This document shows positions 38,834-47,928 of a stretch of 64,000 nt of DNA, in pieces. How positions within the stretch are numbered: the first letter of the stretch is position 1; each line of letters begins with the position of its first letter. The notes under the pieces were generated by a model. That model ran no database searches. It was not told the DNA's origin and saw nothing but the letters and a program-made list of their open reading frames with translations. This DNA is from Candidatus Zixiibacteriota bacterium. Lineage in GTDB: Bacteria; Zixibacteria; MSB-5A5; JAABVY01; JAHJOQ01. The stretch is taken from positions 2,874 through 66,873 of the forward strand of contig JAHJOQ010000110.1 of NCBI GenBank assembly GCA_018820315.1. The letters are read 5' to 3'. The position numbers and the translations under genes were made by a program.

Positions 38834-39738
38834 TGAAGCTCTCCAGACTACTTGAGCCTGAATTGGTCAGAGTCGACCTTAAAGCATCCTCAAAAACAGA
38901 AGCAATCGTAGAACTGTTTGACCTTGTCCTCGCCAAGTATGATGGCATCGATCGTGAATCTGTTCTTAACTCGATCTTCGAGAGAGAGGAAATCGAAAAC
39001 ACATCGTACGGTCGAGGATTCTCATTTCCACATGCACGTACCGCCGAAGTCGATCGGATGTACGTATCCATGGGAATTTCGAAGAATGGTCTCGAAGATG
39101 AGACAATTGATGGCGAGCCGCTCAAGATCATCTGTCTAATGCTCACGCCGCGTAACATCTCAAAATTCTATCTACAGACACTTTCGGCTCTCGCTACTCT
39201 GGCAAGGGATCCGGAAAATAGAGCAGCACTGCTTCAAGCTAAATCGCCGCAGAACGTCATCGACCTCATCGCGTCATCCGGAATTGAGCTGAAAAAGGAA
39301 CTTGTGGTTAAGGATGTAATGGGTGAGGAGCCAGTCACTGTCACACCGGATAGAACTCTCAAGGAAGTGGCAAACCTGCTCTTCAAACACCGCATATCGG
39401 GTCTGCCTGTCGTAGATTATGAAGGTCATGTGATCGGGGAGATCACCAACCGTGATCTGATTCGAGCAGCCATGCCCGACTACCGGTCGCTGATCACCAA
39501 TCTCGCCCTCACCTATGAGGCAGAACCGTTCGAAAACCTCCTCAAACAGGAGGACAAGATCACGGTCGGCGAACTGATGACCTCGAATGTCTATGCGGTC
39601 GAAGAAGACGCTTCTGTCACCGAGGTCGCTGCCATGATGCTGTTCAAGGACCTGTATCGCGTCCCGGTCGTTCGAGACCAGAAAATCGTGGGCTTGGTTG
39701 TCATCTCCGACATGGTGGCTAAGATCATCCGAGGCTAG
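38833..39738 (+). CDS. PTS EIIA (fructose/Ntr-type) domain fused to a CBS pair
   Basis: EREEIENT..GRGFSFPHAR (phospho-His kept), DGEP; C-terminal VKDVM..V.V.P, SGLPVVD, YRVPVV. Confidence 0.85.
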   Translation: MKLSRLLEPELVRVDLKASSKTEAIVELFDLVLAKYDGIDRESVLNSIFEREEIENTSYGRGFSFPHARTAEVDRMYVSMGISKNGLEDETIDGEPLKIICLMLTPRNISKFYLQTLSALATLARDPENRAALLQAKSPQNVIDLIASSGIELKKELVVKDVMGEEPVTVTPDRTLKEVANLLFKHRISGLPVVDYEGHVIGEITNRDLIRAAMPDYRSLITNLALTYEAEPFENLLKQEDKITVGELMTSNVYAVEEDASVTEVAAMMLFKDLYRVPVVRDQKIVGLVVISDMVAKIIRG

Positions 39739-39938
39739 CCCGCACCACAATCGACGTATTCCCTGAGATCAAATCACTCAGATGCAGGTTGGAGTCTAGC
39801 TCTTGCGCATGATGCATCAAAGCCCGATTTTGGTTGAAGTGGTCGCAGGAATGGGTATATTAACTGGCAATATGGATAAGAGGCCACAGCATATGCGACA
39901 GGTATGTCGCTTAGTCACTTCACTGGGATACTTTTTCA

Positions 39939-41435
39939 ATGACCGCTAATACGCAAACAGAACTAGATTTTAAAGATAACTCAAGAAAATGGATGCATGT
40001 CCCGCCGGATGGCTACAAAGGGCTTTCGGGATTCCACAAGTATTGGGGGAAGAAGCCCACCGAAGCATGGCGATTTCTGATTGAGAATCTGACTGATGTT
40101 GATGAGATTGTCCTAGACCCGTTTCTCGGGTCTGGCCTAATCGCAAAGGAATGCACTGACCTAGAAAGGCGTTTCATTGGCTTTGACATCAATCCAATAA
40201 GCATAGAGTTAACAAAGCTCTATTTGGATCTGCCTAGCTATAAAGATCTGAATAATGCAATTACTTCTATCGAGAAGGAAGTTAGGCCGATCATCGATGA
40301 GATGTATCTCTTGTCTGCCAATAATATCGCCACACACATTCTGTGGGAGAACAACCGCATCACAAAGGTCTGGAAGAAAGTCGGGAAAAATCGAGTTGAG
40401 CTTGATGTAAGCGAAGATGAGATCATTGGACTGGAACATAAAGATATATACAATCCTGAATATATCAGAGACCTAAGGTTATTTGATAATTCGCGCATTA
40501 ATACTAAGAAAGAACTTGACATTAGGGACCTCTTCAACCCGCGAGCGTTAAGGGCTATCGACTTAGTTAGGAGTGAGATAGAGAAATATGACAAACGGAT
40601 GAAGAGAGCATTGTCGCTTATTCTGTCATCGTCACTTGGTCAGATGTCGGAAATGGTCTTTGCAGTTTCTAAACGAGGCAAGACCACTGGAAAGGAGAGC
40701 GAAAAGATAGAGGTGGGTAGCTGGGTAATAGGTTACTGGAGACCTGAACAACATTTTGAAATTAATGCATGGAATTGCTTCGAGAATAAAGCGAGAAAAT
40801 TACTAAAGGCCATTAGGGATATCGGAGCATTGAGACAGAACTCAATTGCATTGAATTTAGATAGGTTTCAGAATGATCGCTGTGATGTCTATGTATGCGT
40901 GGGTGACTCTGAGGATCTCTTGAAGGACATACCGTCCAAATCAGTTAGGGTAATACTGACCGATCCTCCGCACGGCGACAGAATTCCTTATTTGGAATTG
41001 AGCGAAATGTGGAACAGCATATTAGGGTTGGATTCAAAATATGATGGCGAGCTTGTAGTCTCAAATGCAAAAGGACGCGGCAAGGATATAGATGCCTATA
41101 ATAAGAAATTATCATTGATCTTTGGGCAATGTTCCCGCATTCTCAGAGATGATGGCTTACTGGCTGTTATGTTCAATGCAAGATCTGATGATCACTGGGA
41201 TAGTCTTCATGAGTTGGAAGAAGCCGCTGATCTCGAATATCTTGGTTGCTATCCCATGGAATATTCTGCTGGATCGGTAGTGCAAGATAACAGGAAGGGT
41301 GGATTGAAAACGGATTACGTACTCTTATACGGCAAAGACATTAGCAAAGAACGCCGGAAAAATATCATGGGAATATTCAACATAATGAATGAATGGTCAA
41401 CTGATTACCCCAAAAAGGCTAGCCGACCATGTTAG
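39939..41435 (+). CDS. Amino-(N6A/N4C) DNA methyltransferase of a restriction-modification pair
   Basis: FHKYWGKKP, motif I LDPFLGSG, distant motif IV TDPPH, YLELSEMW; AT-rich relative to the flanks. Confidence 0.85.
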   Translation: MTANTQTELDFKDNSRKWMHVPPDGYKGLSGFHKYWGKKPTEAWRFLIENLTDVDEIVLDPFLGSGLIAKECTDLERRFIGFDINPISIELTKLYLDLPSYKDLNNAITSIEKEVRPIIDEMYLLSANNIATHILWENNRITKVWKKVGKNRVELDVSEDEIIGLEHKDIYNPEYIRDLRLFDNSRINTKKELDIRDLFNPRALRAIDLVRSEIEKYDKRMKRALSLILSSSLGQMSEMVFAVSKRGKTTGKESEKIEVGSWVIGYWRPEQHFEINAWNCFENKARKLLKAIRDIGALRQNSIALNLDRFQNDRCDVYVCVGDSEDLLKDIPSKSVRVILTDPPHGDRIPYLELSEMWNSILGLDSKYDGELVVSNAKGRGKDIDAYNKKLSLIFGQCSRILRDDGLLAVMFNARSDDHWDSLHELEEAADLEYLGCYPMEYSAGSVVQDNRKGGLKTDYVLLYGKDISKERRKNIMGIFNIMNEWSTDYPKKASRPC

Positions 41436-42526
41436 ATTTCGATACCGCTAATCAGATGTTCAAGGATGATCAGATTCGCGAGCTTTCTTCAACAAGTGAG
41501 GGCATGCGATTTCTAAAATTGCGTTCTCTTTCCAGAAAAGACCAGATGCAGTACCTTATAGAAAGTTCCAATATTGATGTAGGAGATACCAAATCTAAAG
41601 TGTGGTTGAAGACACTATATGAGTCGGATGTCGAGACATCATCAATAGACAATGTAATAGCTAACTTGTATGAGAAGGAGAGAGAAGTAAGGCGACAACA
41701 TGAGAGTCAATTGGTGAGTGAGCTTTACAAGGTTCAGTCATTTCAGTGGGGCGGATTGCACCAGAACAGCCTGGAAAAAACAATAGTAGATAACTATGTG
41801 AAGAGAATCACTTCCTTTGATATTCTGAATTTTGCCATAGAGAATGACTTGCATAACAGCATGCGGGCTTATGTCTTAGCTTCATGGTACAATCACTGGA
41901 GCTCAATCGTCATAGAGGATGTTTTCAAAGAGCATGAAAAAGTAATACCAGCAGTAGGTCTAGTCAAAAAAATTGACTTTTTTGTCAATGACAAACCGTT
42001 CGACTTAAAAGTAACCTATTTACCTGAGGGTTATGTGCGAGATTCCCGGAAAGAACAAGGATTAAAGCCGGAACTTACTTTACTGAAATCCATGGCAAGG
42101 AGATTGAAGATTGCTTTTGATAAGGAAGTAGCGGATTCGGTTCTGGTTCCTGATCTGTGGAGAAAGTTGGACGACAGTCCTAGTGATAGCGCATCCGAGC
42201 TAATAGCCTCATTGCAGAAAAACAGAGAAACTCTCTTGAAAGAATGTATGGAAAAGCCGGAGCACTTAGTAAGATGGTTGTACGAAAATCAAGGGGTGCG
42301 ACGTTTTGATGCATCTAATCGGTTGTTCTTAGTTTTAGTTGACAAAGGTGATTTCTTTGAATCTTGGAAGCTGAAACGAGCAAGACAGTTAATAGCGGAT
42401 AGCGTAAGTTCGTATTTAGACAAGATTGAACAGGATATGGGTTTTGAACTAGAGTTTCATTGGGAAGGTAAAACTTATACAACCGAATCCGCTGCTATTT
42501 TCGTTGTTAAAGATTCCAAGACATAA
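41429..42526 (+). CDS. Putative type II restriction endonuclease (PD-(D/E)xK)
   Basis: Overlaps the MTase gene by 7 nt; WYNHW..IE, IDFF...FDLKVT catalytic-type motif, ENQG..RF..NRLF. Confidence 0.72.
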   Translation: MLDFDTANQMFKDDQIRELSSTSEGMRFLKLRSLSRKDQMQYLIESSNIDVGDTKSKVWLKTLYESDVETSSIDNVIANLYEKEREVRRQHESQLVSELYKVQSFQWGGLHQNSLEKTIVDNYVKRITSFDILNFAIENDLHNSMRAYVLASWYNHWSSIVIEDVFKEHEKVIPAVGLVKKIDFFVNDKPFDLKVTYLPEGYVRDSRKEQGLKPELTLLKSMARRLKIAFDKEVADSVLVPDLWRKLDDSPSDSASELIASLQKNRETLLKECMEKPEHLVRWLYENQGVRRFDASNRLFLVLVDKGDFFESWKLKRARQLIADSVSSYLDKIEQDMGFELEFHWEGKTYTTESAAIFVVKDSKT

Positions 42527-42577
42527 CAAAGTACTGCGCCTGCGTCCTGCATAGGCGGGCGAGCTTGGGCGTTATCG
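42521..42577 (+). mobile_element. Solitary attC-like integron recombination site
   Basis: R'' ACATAAC overlaps the REase stop codon; 5-nt spacer AAAGT; central GCC-TGC/GCA-GGC hairpin; right arm GAGCTTGGGCGTTAT is typical of attC ends; 57 bp in total; L boxes imperfect. Confidence 0.5.
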
Positions 42578-42599
42578 GCGTATGCCGGTCTGAACAATC

Positions 42600-43571
42600 A
42601 TGATGGAGCTTCTGGCAAACAAGTATTTCCTCTGGATAGGGTTCAACATCCTCGTCCTGCTGATGCTCGCCATCGATCTCGGATTCTTCCATCGCAAGGA
42701 TCACGAAATATCGATCAAGGAAGCTTTGCTCTGGAGCGTAATCTGGATCGTGGTAGCCCTGGTATTCAATGTTGGAGTCTATTTCTGGCGCGGGACTGAG
42801 GTATCTCTCCAGTTCTTCACCGGTTATGTGATTGAGAGGACGCTTAGTATAGACAACATTTTCGTTTTCCTGCTGATATTTACGTATTTTCAGGTGCCCA
42901 CCAAGTACCAGTACAAAGTACTCATCTGGGGAATTCTCGGTGCGCTGATCTTCAGAGGACTCTTCATAGCAGTCGGCACGATCCTGATCGCCAAATTCCA
43001 TTGGCTTATCTACGTTTTCGGGGCTTTTCTGGTCTTCACAGGTATCAGGATGGGATTCGGCGGCGACACCAAAGTTGAGCCGGAGAGAAATCCTATCCTC
43101 AGACTCGTTCGCAAGCTTCTGCCGATAACAGCAAAATATGAAGGGGGAAAATTCTTCGTCAGAAGAAACAAACGAACGCTCGGCACTCCACTATTGGTTG
43201 TGCTCGTGGTCATTGAGACGACCGATATTGTTTTCGCTGTCGACTCGATCCCTGCTATATTCGCAATCACGCTCGATCCATTCATTGTCTACACGTCCAA
43301 CGTATTCGCTATTCTCGGGCTGCGCGCGCTCTATTTCGCCATGGCAGGTCTCATGAAGCTATTCTACTATCTGAGGTATGCGCTTGCAGCCATCCTGTCT
43401 CTTGTAGGTATTAAGATGCTTCTTTCGACGATCTATCCTATCCCCAATAGCATCGCACTGGGAACGGTGGCACTATTGCTTGCAGCCTCGATAATACTGT
43501 CGCTAATTTTCCCAAAGAAGAATGGCGAGACCGGAGACAAACATCCTGAGCAGACATCAAGAACAGCCTGA
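42600..43571 (+). CDS. TerC/Alx family membrane protein
   Basis: FFTGYVIERTLSIDNIFVF, GILGALIFR, IETTDIVFAVDSIPAIFA, SNVFAILGLRALYF. Confidence 0.93.
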   Translation: MMELLANKYFLWIGFNILVLLMLAIDLGFFHRKDHEISIKEALLWSVIWIVVALVFNVGVYFWRGTEVSLQFFTGYVIERTLSIDNIFVFLLIFTYFQVPTKYQYKVLIWGILGALIFRGLFIAVGTILIAKFHWLIYVFGAFLVFTGIRMGFGGDTKVEPERNPILRLVRKLLPITAKYEGGKFFVRRNKRTLGTPLLVVLVVIETTDIVFAVDSIPAIFAITLDPFIVYTSNVFAILGLRALYFAMAGLMKLFYYLRYALAAILSLVGIKMLLSTIYPIPNSIALGTVALLLAASIILSLIFPKKNGETGDKHPEQTSRTA

Positions 43572-43594
43572 AATTGCCCATTTCTACAGCAATT

Positions 43595-44269
43595 CTATTC
43601 CTCTTCCTTCGGCTTGTACCCTATTCTGTGGAATGGATTGACAACTGACGATGCGATATTCGACAGGTGGGCAGCGATTCTCTTCAAGTAACGGATATAG
43701 AGTGCGGCAGCAGCGTAATCTCCGGGATTGAGATCTTCGACTTTACCAGTGACCAGCTTTGTTGCCATCACGTCGCAGAATTTCGTTATATCCGTGTGAC
43801 CATCAAGTACAGTTTTGGCCAATTTGACGTCGAAGTCCTCCAGAGACCTGATCGTATTGGTGAAACGCCTTTCAATCGCCTGCTCAATATCGACCACTTC
43901 CGTCTCATTCTTCCCGAAACTGAGCCGCTTCGGGTGCATCTTCGCCAAATCCGCGAAATTCTTGCAGTAATCACCGATTCGCTCTACGTCGATGACGATG
44001 CTGGTAATCACCAGAGCCGCCGACACATCGAAACCTTGCTGCACAGACAAATGAGTGAGGACTTTCTTTCTGACCTCGCGCTCGAATTTGTTGATCTTTC
44101 TGTCTTTTTCGCGAAAATCGAAGCGCAACTCGGCGGTATCTAACCGACGGAGTGACCGAATTGCCTCGGCAAACATCTCTTCGTCTTCCTTCAACATCGT
44201 GATGACATCAGAGTATGCCTGATCAAGCAGACTCTCCCTGTTGAATAGATTCAATATTTCTCTAAGCAT
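43595..44269 (-). CDS. PhoU-domain protein
   Basis: DRKINKFERE, DVERIGDYCKNF, YLKRIAAHLSNIA. Confidence 0.85.
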   Translation of the reverse strand: MLREILNLFNRESLLDQAYSDVITMLKEDEEMFAEAIRSLRRLDTAELRFDFREKDRKINKFEREVRKKVLTHLSVQQGFDVSAALVITSIVIDVERIGDYCKNFADLAKMHPKRLSFGKNETEVVDIEQAIERRFTNTIRSLEDFDVKLAKTVLDGHTDITKFCDVMATKLVTGKVEDLNPGDYAAAALYIRYLKRIAAHLSNIASSVVNPFHRIGYKPKEEE

Positions 44270-44273
44270 GTTC

Positions 44274-45368
44274 TTACCTCGTTAGTAATACGATTCCAAG
44301 CGGAATAGCATAAAAGAATACGACTACGAATGCAATAGGAAACATCCGATTCTTCACCGCAAGCGTGGCCGCATACTCTGCTACCCTTATTGGTACGATC
44401 CTAAACGGCCATATTATGATGATTCCGAAGACATTAAAGAGTAAATGAGCGAAAGCAACAGTCACAGCGCTGGCTTCTCCGGTCGCCATCGATGCAAGGA
44501 TTGCTGTAACGGTCGTGCCAACATTGGCACCCAGCGTATATGGCAAGACTTGCCATAGATTTAGTAATCCGGCACCAGCCAGCGGAACGACCAGAGAAGT
44601 TGTGATCGAACTGGATTGGACCATCACTGTGACTACGAGGCCAAAGACCAGGCTGATGGCGGCGTTCTTGAAAATCACCCTGTCAAAGAAAACCTGGACT
44701 CTTGATACTACTACCGACTTCAGGGTCTTGACAAGATAGTTCAGGGAGACAAAGAGAAGTATTCCGGCAATTATGATTAGCATCCACGGGTTCCCACCAA
44801 CCACTGCATCAATCAAATCCGCCGCTGGTTTGACCACTATTTTGATGGGGCTGGAGAATTTGGCCCCACTGACTCCAACGAACATCCTGGAGAGAAATTC
44901 AGCCGACCTACCCAGGAGATTGAACTTAATCTGAATGGGAAACAGTATGGCGACGGTTATCACGTTGAACGTATCATGCACGACGGCAGCCGAAAATGCT
45001 CGTCTGAAGTCGTCCTTCCGTCCAATCTGACCCAACGAGACCAGCATATTCGTGACAGTTGTACCGATATTGGCGCCCATCACCATTGGGATTGCCGACT
45101 GCAGACTGAGTGCCCCGCCGCCGACCAGCCCCACAATCAAAGAAGTCGTCACTGATGAACTCTGGACAAGACTCGTGACAATGACACCTATCATCAACCC
45201 CAGGAACGGGTTGGAGGTAGACTCCACCAATTGCTTTGCGAATCCACTTCCGAATGCTTTGAATGAAGTTCCGAGGAGTGCGATTGATAGAAGAAATACA
45301 TAAAGAAGGACGACAATCTTGATTGCCGCCACAAGACCTGAAAGCCGCTGATCCCCTCCTAATCGCAT
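44274..45368 (-). CDS. Na+/phosphate cotransporter (NptA/SLC34-like)
   Basis: Two QSSS repeats (LVQSSSVTTS, MVQSSSITTS), MGANIGTTVT, LGANVGTT, AHLLFN. Confidence 0.92.
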   Translation of the reverse strand: MRLGGDQRLSGLVAAIKIVVLLYVFLLSIALLGTSFKAFGSGFAKQLVESTSNPFLGLMIGVIVTSLVQSSSVTTSLIVGLVGGGALSLQSAIPMVMGANIGTTVTNMLVSLGQIGRKDDFRRAFSAAVVHDTFNVITVAILFPIQIKFNLLGRSAEFLSRMFVGVSGAKFSSPIKIVVKPAADLIDAVVGGNPWMLIIIAGILLFVSLNYLVKTLKSVVVSRVQVFFDRVIFKNAAISLVFGLVVTVMVQSSSITTSLVVPLAGAGLLNLWQVLPYTLGANVGTTVTAILASMATGEASAVTVAFAHLLFNVFGIIIIWPFRIVPIRVAEYAATLAVKNRMFPIAFVVVFFYAIPLGIVLLTR

Positions 45369-45422
45369 CTCGCTCGCTAATATACGGATTTGGATGGCAC
45401 ACCGAAAGAAAATATTAGCGTT

Positions 45423-45440
45423 CTGTCAGATTTATGTCAG
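45423..45440 (-). promoter_or_regulatory. PHO-box-like direct repeat upstream of the Na/Pi transporter
   Basis: Minus strand reads CTGACATAAATCTGACAG: 11-bp-periodic repeat, 15/18 to the E. coli PHO box CTGTCATAAAWCTGTCAY; 55 nt upstream of the start codon. Confidence 0.5.
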
Positions 45441-45539
45441 GGAATGTTGGAGATCGACTACGGATTGAGATGCCTTACTGAATTCCGCCGGATGATGAGC
45501 CTTGCGGCGTGAACTGTATTTATCTATATTCGTATCACG

Positions 45540-46838
45540 ATGGATTCTCACTGGCTGGAACTTATCGCGATTGTCATTCTGATTCTCGCTAACGGCTTCT
45601 TTGCCGCCTCGGAATATGCCCTGATATCTGCTCGTCGAAGCAAGATTTCTCAGTTCATTAAGAAAGGCAACAAAAAGGCTGAATTGGTCGAACGACTGCA
45701 TGCGAAACCAAATCGCCTTGTGGCCGCCATCCAGGTCGGGATAACGCTCGTGGGCACTCTGGCATCCGTCGTAGGTGGAGCTACTCTTGTCAAACGACTC
45801 AATGTGGTGCTTGCCGATAGTTCGATAGGAATTATCAGAGAATCGGCCGGATCCATCGCAATAACGGTTGTAGTTCTCGGAATCGGTTTTCTGACCCTGG
45901 TATTCGGAGAGCTGGTCCCAAAACGTCTCGGGCTTAAACACGCTGAGAGAATCTCATTAGCGGTTGCGCGAACAATATCGATCTTCATGATGCTCGCATA
46001 TGTGCCGGTTAAAATTCTCACACTGTCAAGCAGGCTTGTCCTTAAGATCATTCGCCAGGATTCCGGACCACTGCAGTCCGTCATCACGGAAGATGAAATT
46101 GTCCATATCATTTCCGAGGGGCGAGAGTCGGGAGAATTCAGCCAAACTGAGCATGACCTCATTGAGTCTGTATTTGAGTTTACAGAAAGCACAGTACACA
46201 AGGTCATGACTCCCCGGATGGATATTTCGGCGATTAATGTCGACTGGGATGCGAGCAAGGCTCTTCGGTACATCTCTGAGGAGGGGTTCTCGCGCTATCC
46301 AGTGTTCAGAGATTCGATAGATAATGTCATCGGAATGATCTATACGCGAGATATCATAAATATACTGCTCCATTCCGGACTTATCATCCTCCAGGACATC
46401 ATGCGCACACCTTTCTTCGTACCCGATTCAAAAGGATTGACAGAGCTGCTCAAGGACTTCCAGCGCAAGCAGATGCACATGGCTATTGTCCTCGACGAGT
46501 TCGGTGGAACAGCGGGTGTTGTCACTCTCGAAGATATCATGGAAGAGATCGTAGGCGAGATATGGGATGAATACGATGCCGAGGAACCGGATTACAAGTT
46601 TCAGGCCGATGGATCAGTCATCATATCGTCACGAATGAGTGTCGGAGACCTCAACAAACTTCTCGACACCAGGCTGCCGGAAGATGGCGCGGACACTATG
46701 GGTGGATTCATCTACAATCACCTTGGCGATATCCCTGCCCTGAATCAGAAAATCGAATATGGCAATATTCGGATCACTGTTACAGAAAAAACCGGCCACC
46801 AAATAGACAAGCTCAGAATCGAGATAATCGAATCATGA
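45540..46838 (+). CDS. HlyC/CorC (CNNM-CBS-CorC) family transporter
   Basis: NGFFAASEYAL, IQVGITL, FGELVPK, VMTPR, FSRYPV, HMAIVLDEFGGTAG..TLEDIMEEIVGEI. Confidence 0.93.
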   Translation: MDSHWLELIAIVILILANGFFAASEYALISARRSKISQFIKKGNKKAELVERLHAKPNRLVAAIQVGITLVGTLASVVGGATLVKRLNVVLADSSIGIIRESAGSIAITVVVLGIGFLTLVFGELVPKRLGLKHAERISLAVARTISIFMMLAYVPVKILTLSSRLVLKIIRQDSGPLQSVITEDEIVHIISEGRESGEFSQTEHDLIESVFEFTESTVHKVMTPRMDISAINVDWDASKALRYISEEGFSRYPVFRDSIDNVIGMIYTRDIINILLHSGLIILQDIMRTPFFVPDSKGLTELLKDFQRKQMHMAIVLDEFGGTAGVVTLEDIMEEIVGEIWDEYDAEEPDYKFQADGSVIISSRMSVGDLNKLLDTRLPEDGADTMGGFIYNHLGDIPALNQKIEYGNIRITVTEKTGHQIDKLRIEIIES

Positions 46839-46860
46839 TTAGCAGCATCAAAGAGCAGAT

Positions 46861-47328
46861 ATGAACCCTTTGCTTTACTCCGTTGTGCTTTCGTTGCTGC
46901 CGATTGCCGAGCTGAGAGGCGGCATTCCTTATGCCGTCGCAAACGACATCAGCCTGCCGGTCGCCTACCTGGTCTGTGTCGCCTCGAATATTCTGGTAAT
47001 CCCAGCTCTTTTCATCTTCCTCGATACTCTGCACCATCAATTATATAAGATCGGTCCATACAAGTGGCTCTTCGACAAAATGGTCATCAGGACACTTCGC
47101 AAAGCCGAGACGAAGGTCGGCAAGTACGGCTACTGGGGAGTAATGCTCTTCGTCGCGATACCACTGCCTGTGACAGGAGCCTATACCGGCACGCTCGCAG
47201 CCTGGTTGCTCGAACTGAACAAACGCAAAGCCTTCTGGTATTTAGCGCTCGGGGTAGTGATTGCGGGAGTTATAGTCAGTGTCGCTACATTGACCGGAGT
47301 CGGCATCCTGCGCATCTTCACAAAATAG
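46861..47328 (+). CDS. Small multi-drug export family (COG2426-like) membrane protein
   Basis: PIAELRGGIP, FVAIPLPVTGAYTG. Confidence 0.85.
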   Translation: MNPLLYSVVLSLLPIAELRGGIPYAVANDISLPVAYLVCVASNILVIPALFIFLDTLHHQLYKIGPYKWLFDKMVIRTLRKAETKVGKYGYWGVMLFVAIPLPVTGAYTGTLAAWLLELNKRKAFWYLALGVVIAGVIVSVATLTGVGILRIFTK

Positions 47329-47343
47329 TACGCCTCTTTGAAT

Positions 47344-47757
47344 TCATCCGGATTCGATCGTAGCTGCTATCCTGCGGTACCGTTCAGAATCCGCGTGAAA
47401 TAGCTGCGTCAGGCAGTACACGAAATCACTCAGTACAGACTCTTGTCTGAAATCGCTGATCTGCTCGATCCTCGGATCGGCTCTGTAGAATTCATCAGCC
47501 CTTATCTCTGAGAGAATATGTTCGATTCGAGGATTGACAGGTATCTCGAATTCAGAAGGCAACGTGCAGTCCTTGCGGTCGAACATCTTCTTGACTGCGA
47601 GTAGAAACTCCTCTTCCGGCAAGTTATTTTTGTGAAGTTCTCCGAACACCTCTGCAATAAGCGGCTCAATTTCATGCCCGGCGAATGCCTCGATTCCGGC
47701 TCTCCCATATCGAATTCCGCAATGCAGAATCCGCGTCGCTGTCAGAATCCGTTCCAT
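47344..47757 (-). CDS. Hypothetical protein
   Basis: 137-aa ORF fills the gap between convergent genes; no motif recognised; weak RBS. Confidence 0.4.
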   Translation of the reverse strand: MERILTATRILHCGIRYGRAGIEAFAGHEIEPLIAEVFGELHKNNLPEEEFLLAVKKMFDRKDCTLPSEFEIPVNPRIEHILSEIRADEFYRADPRIEQISDFRQESVLSDFVYCLTQLFHADSERYRRIAATIESG

Positions 47758-47878
47758 GCTTCCGATAATAGCGTCCTAAAACGAATCGCGCAAGAGTCTG
47801 GTACAGGTGGGATATCCCAATGTCCGCACCGAGTCGCAGCCCTTGAGAGCACCAGAAATATCTAAGCGAACAACAAAA

Positions 47879-47904
47879 GAGAAAGGCCCGCAAGGGCCTT
47901 TCTC
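47879..47904 (-). terminator. Intrinsic terminator after the M16 peptidase pair
   Basis: Perfect 11-bp stem GAGAAAGGCCC/GGGCCTTTCTC with a 4-nt loop, followed on the minus strand by TTTTGTTGTT. Confidence 0.85.
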
Positions 47905-47928
47905 ACCATCTATATCTTCGAAGAGTGT

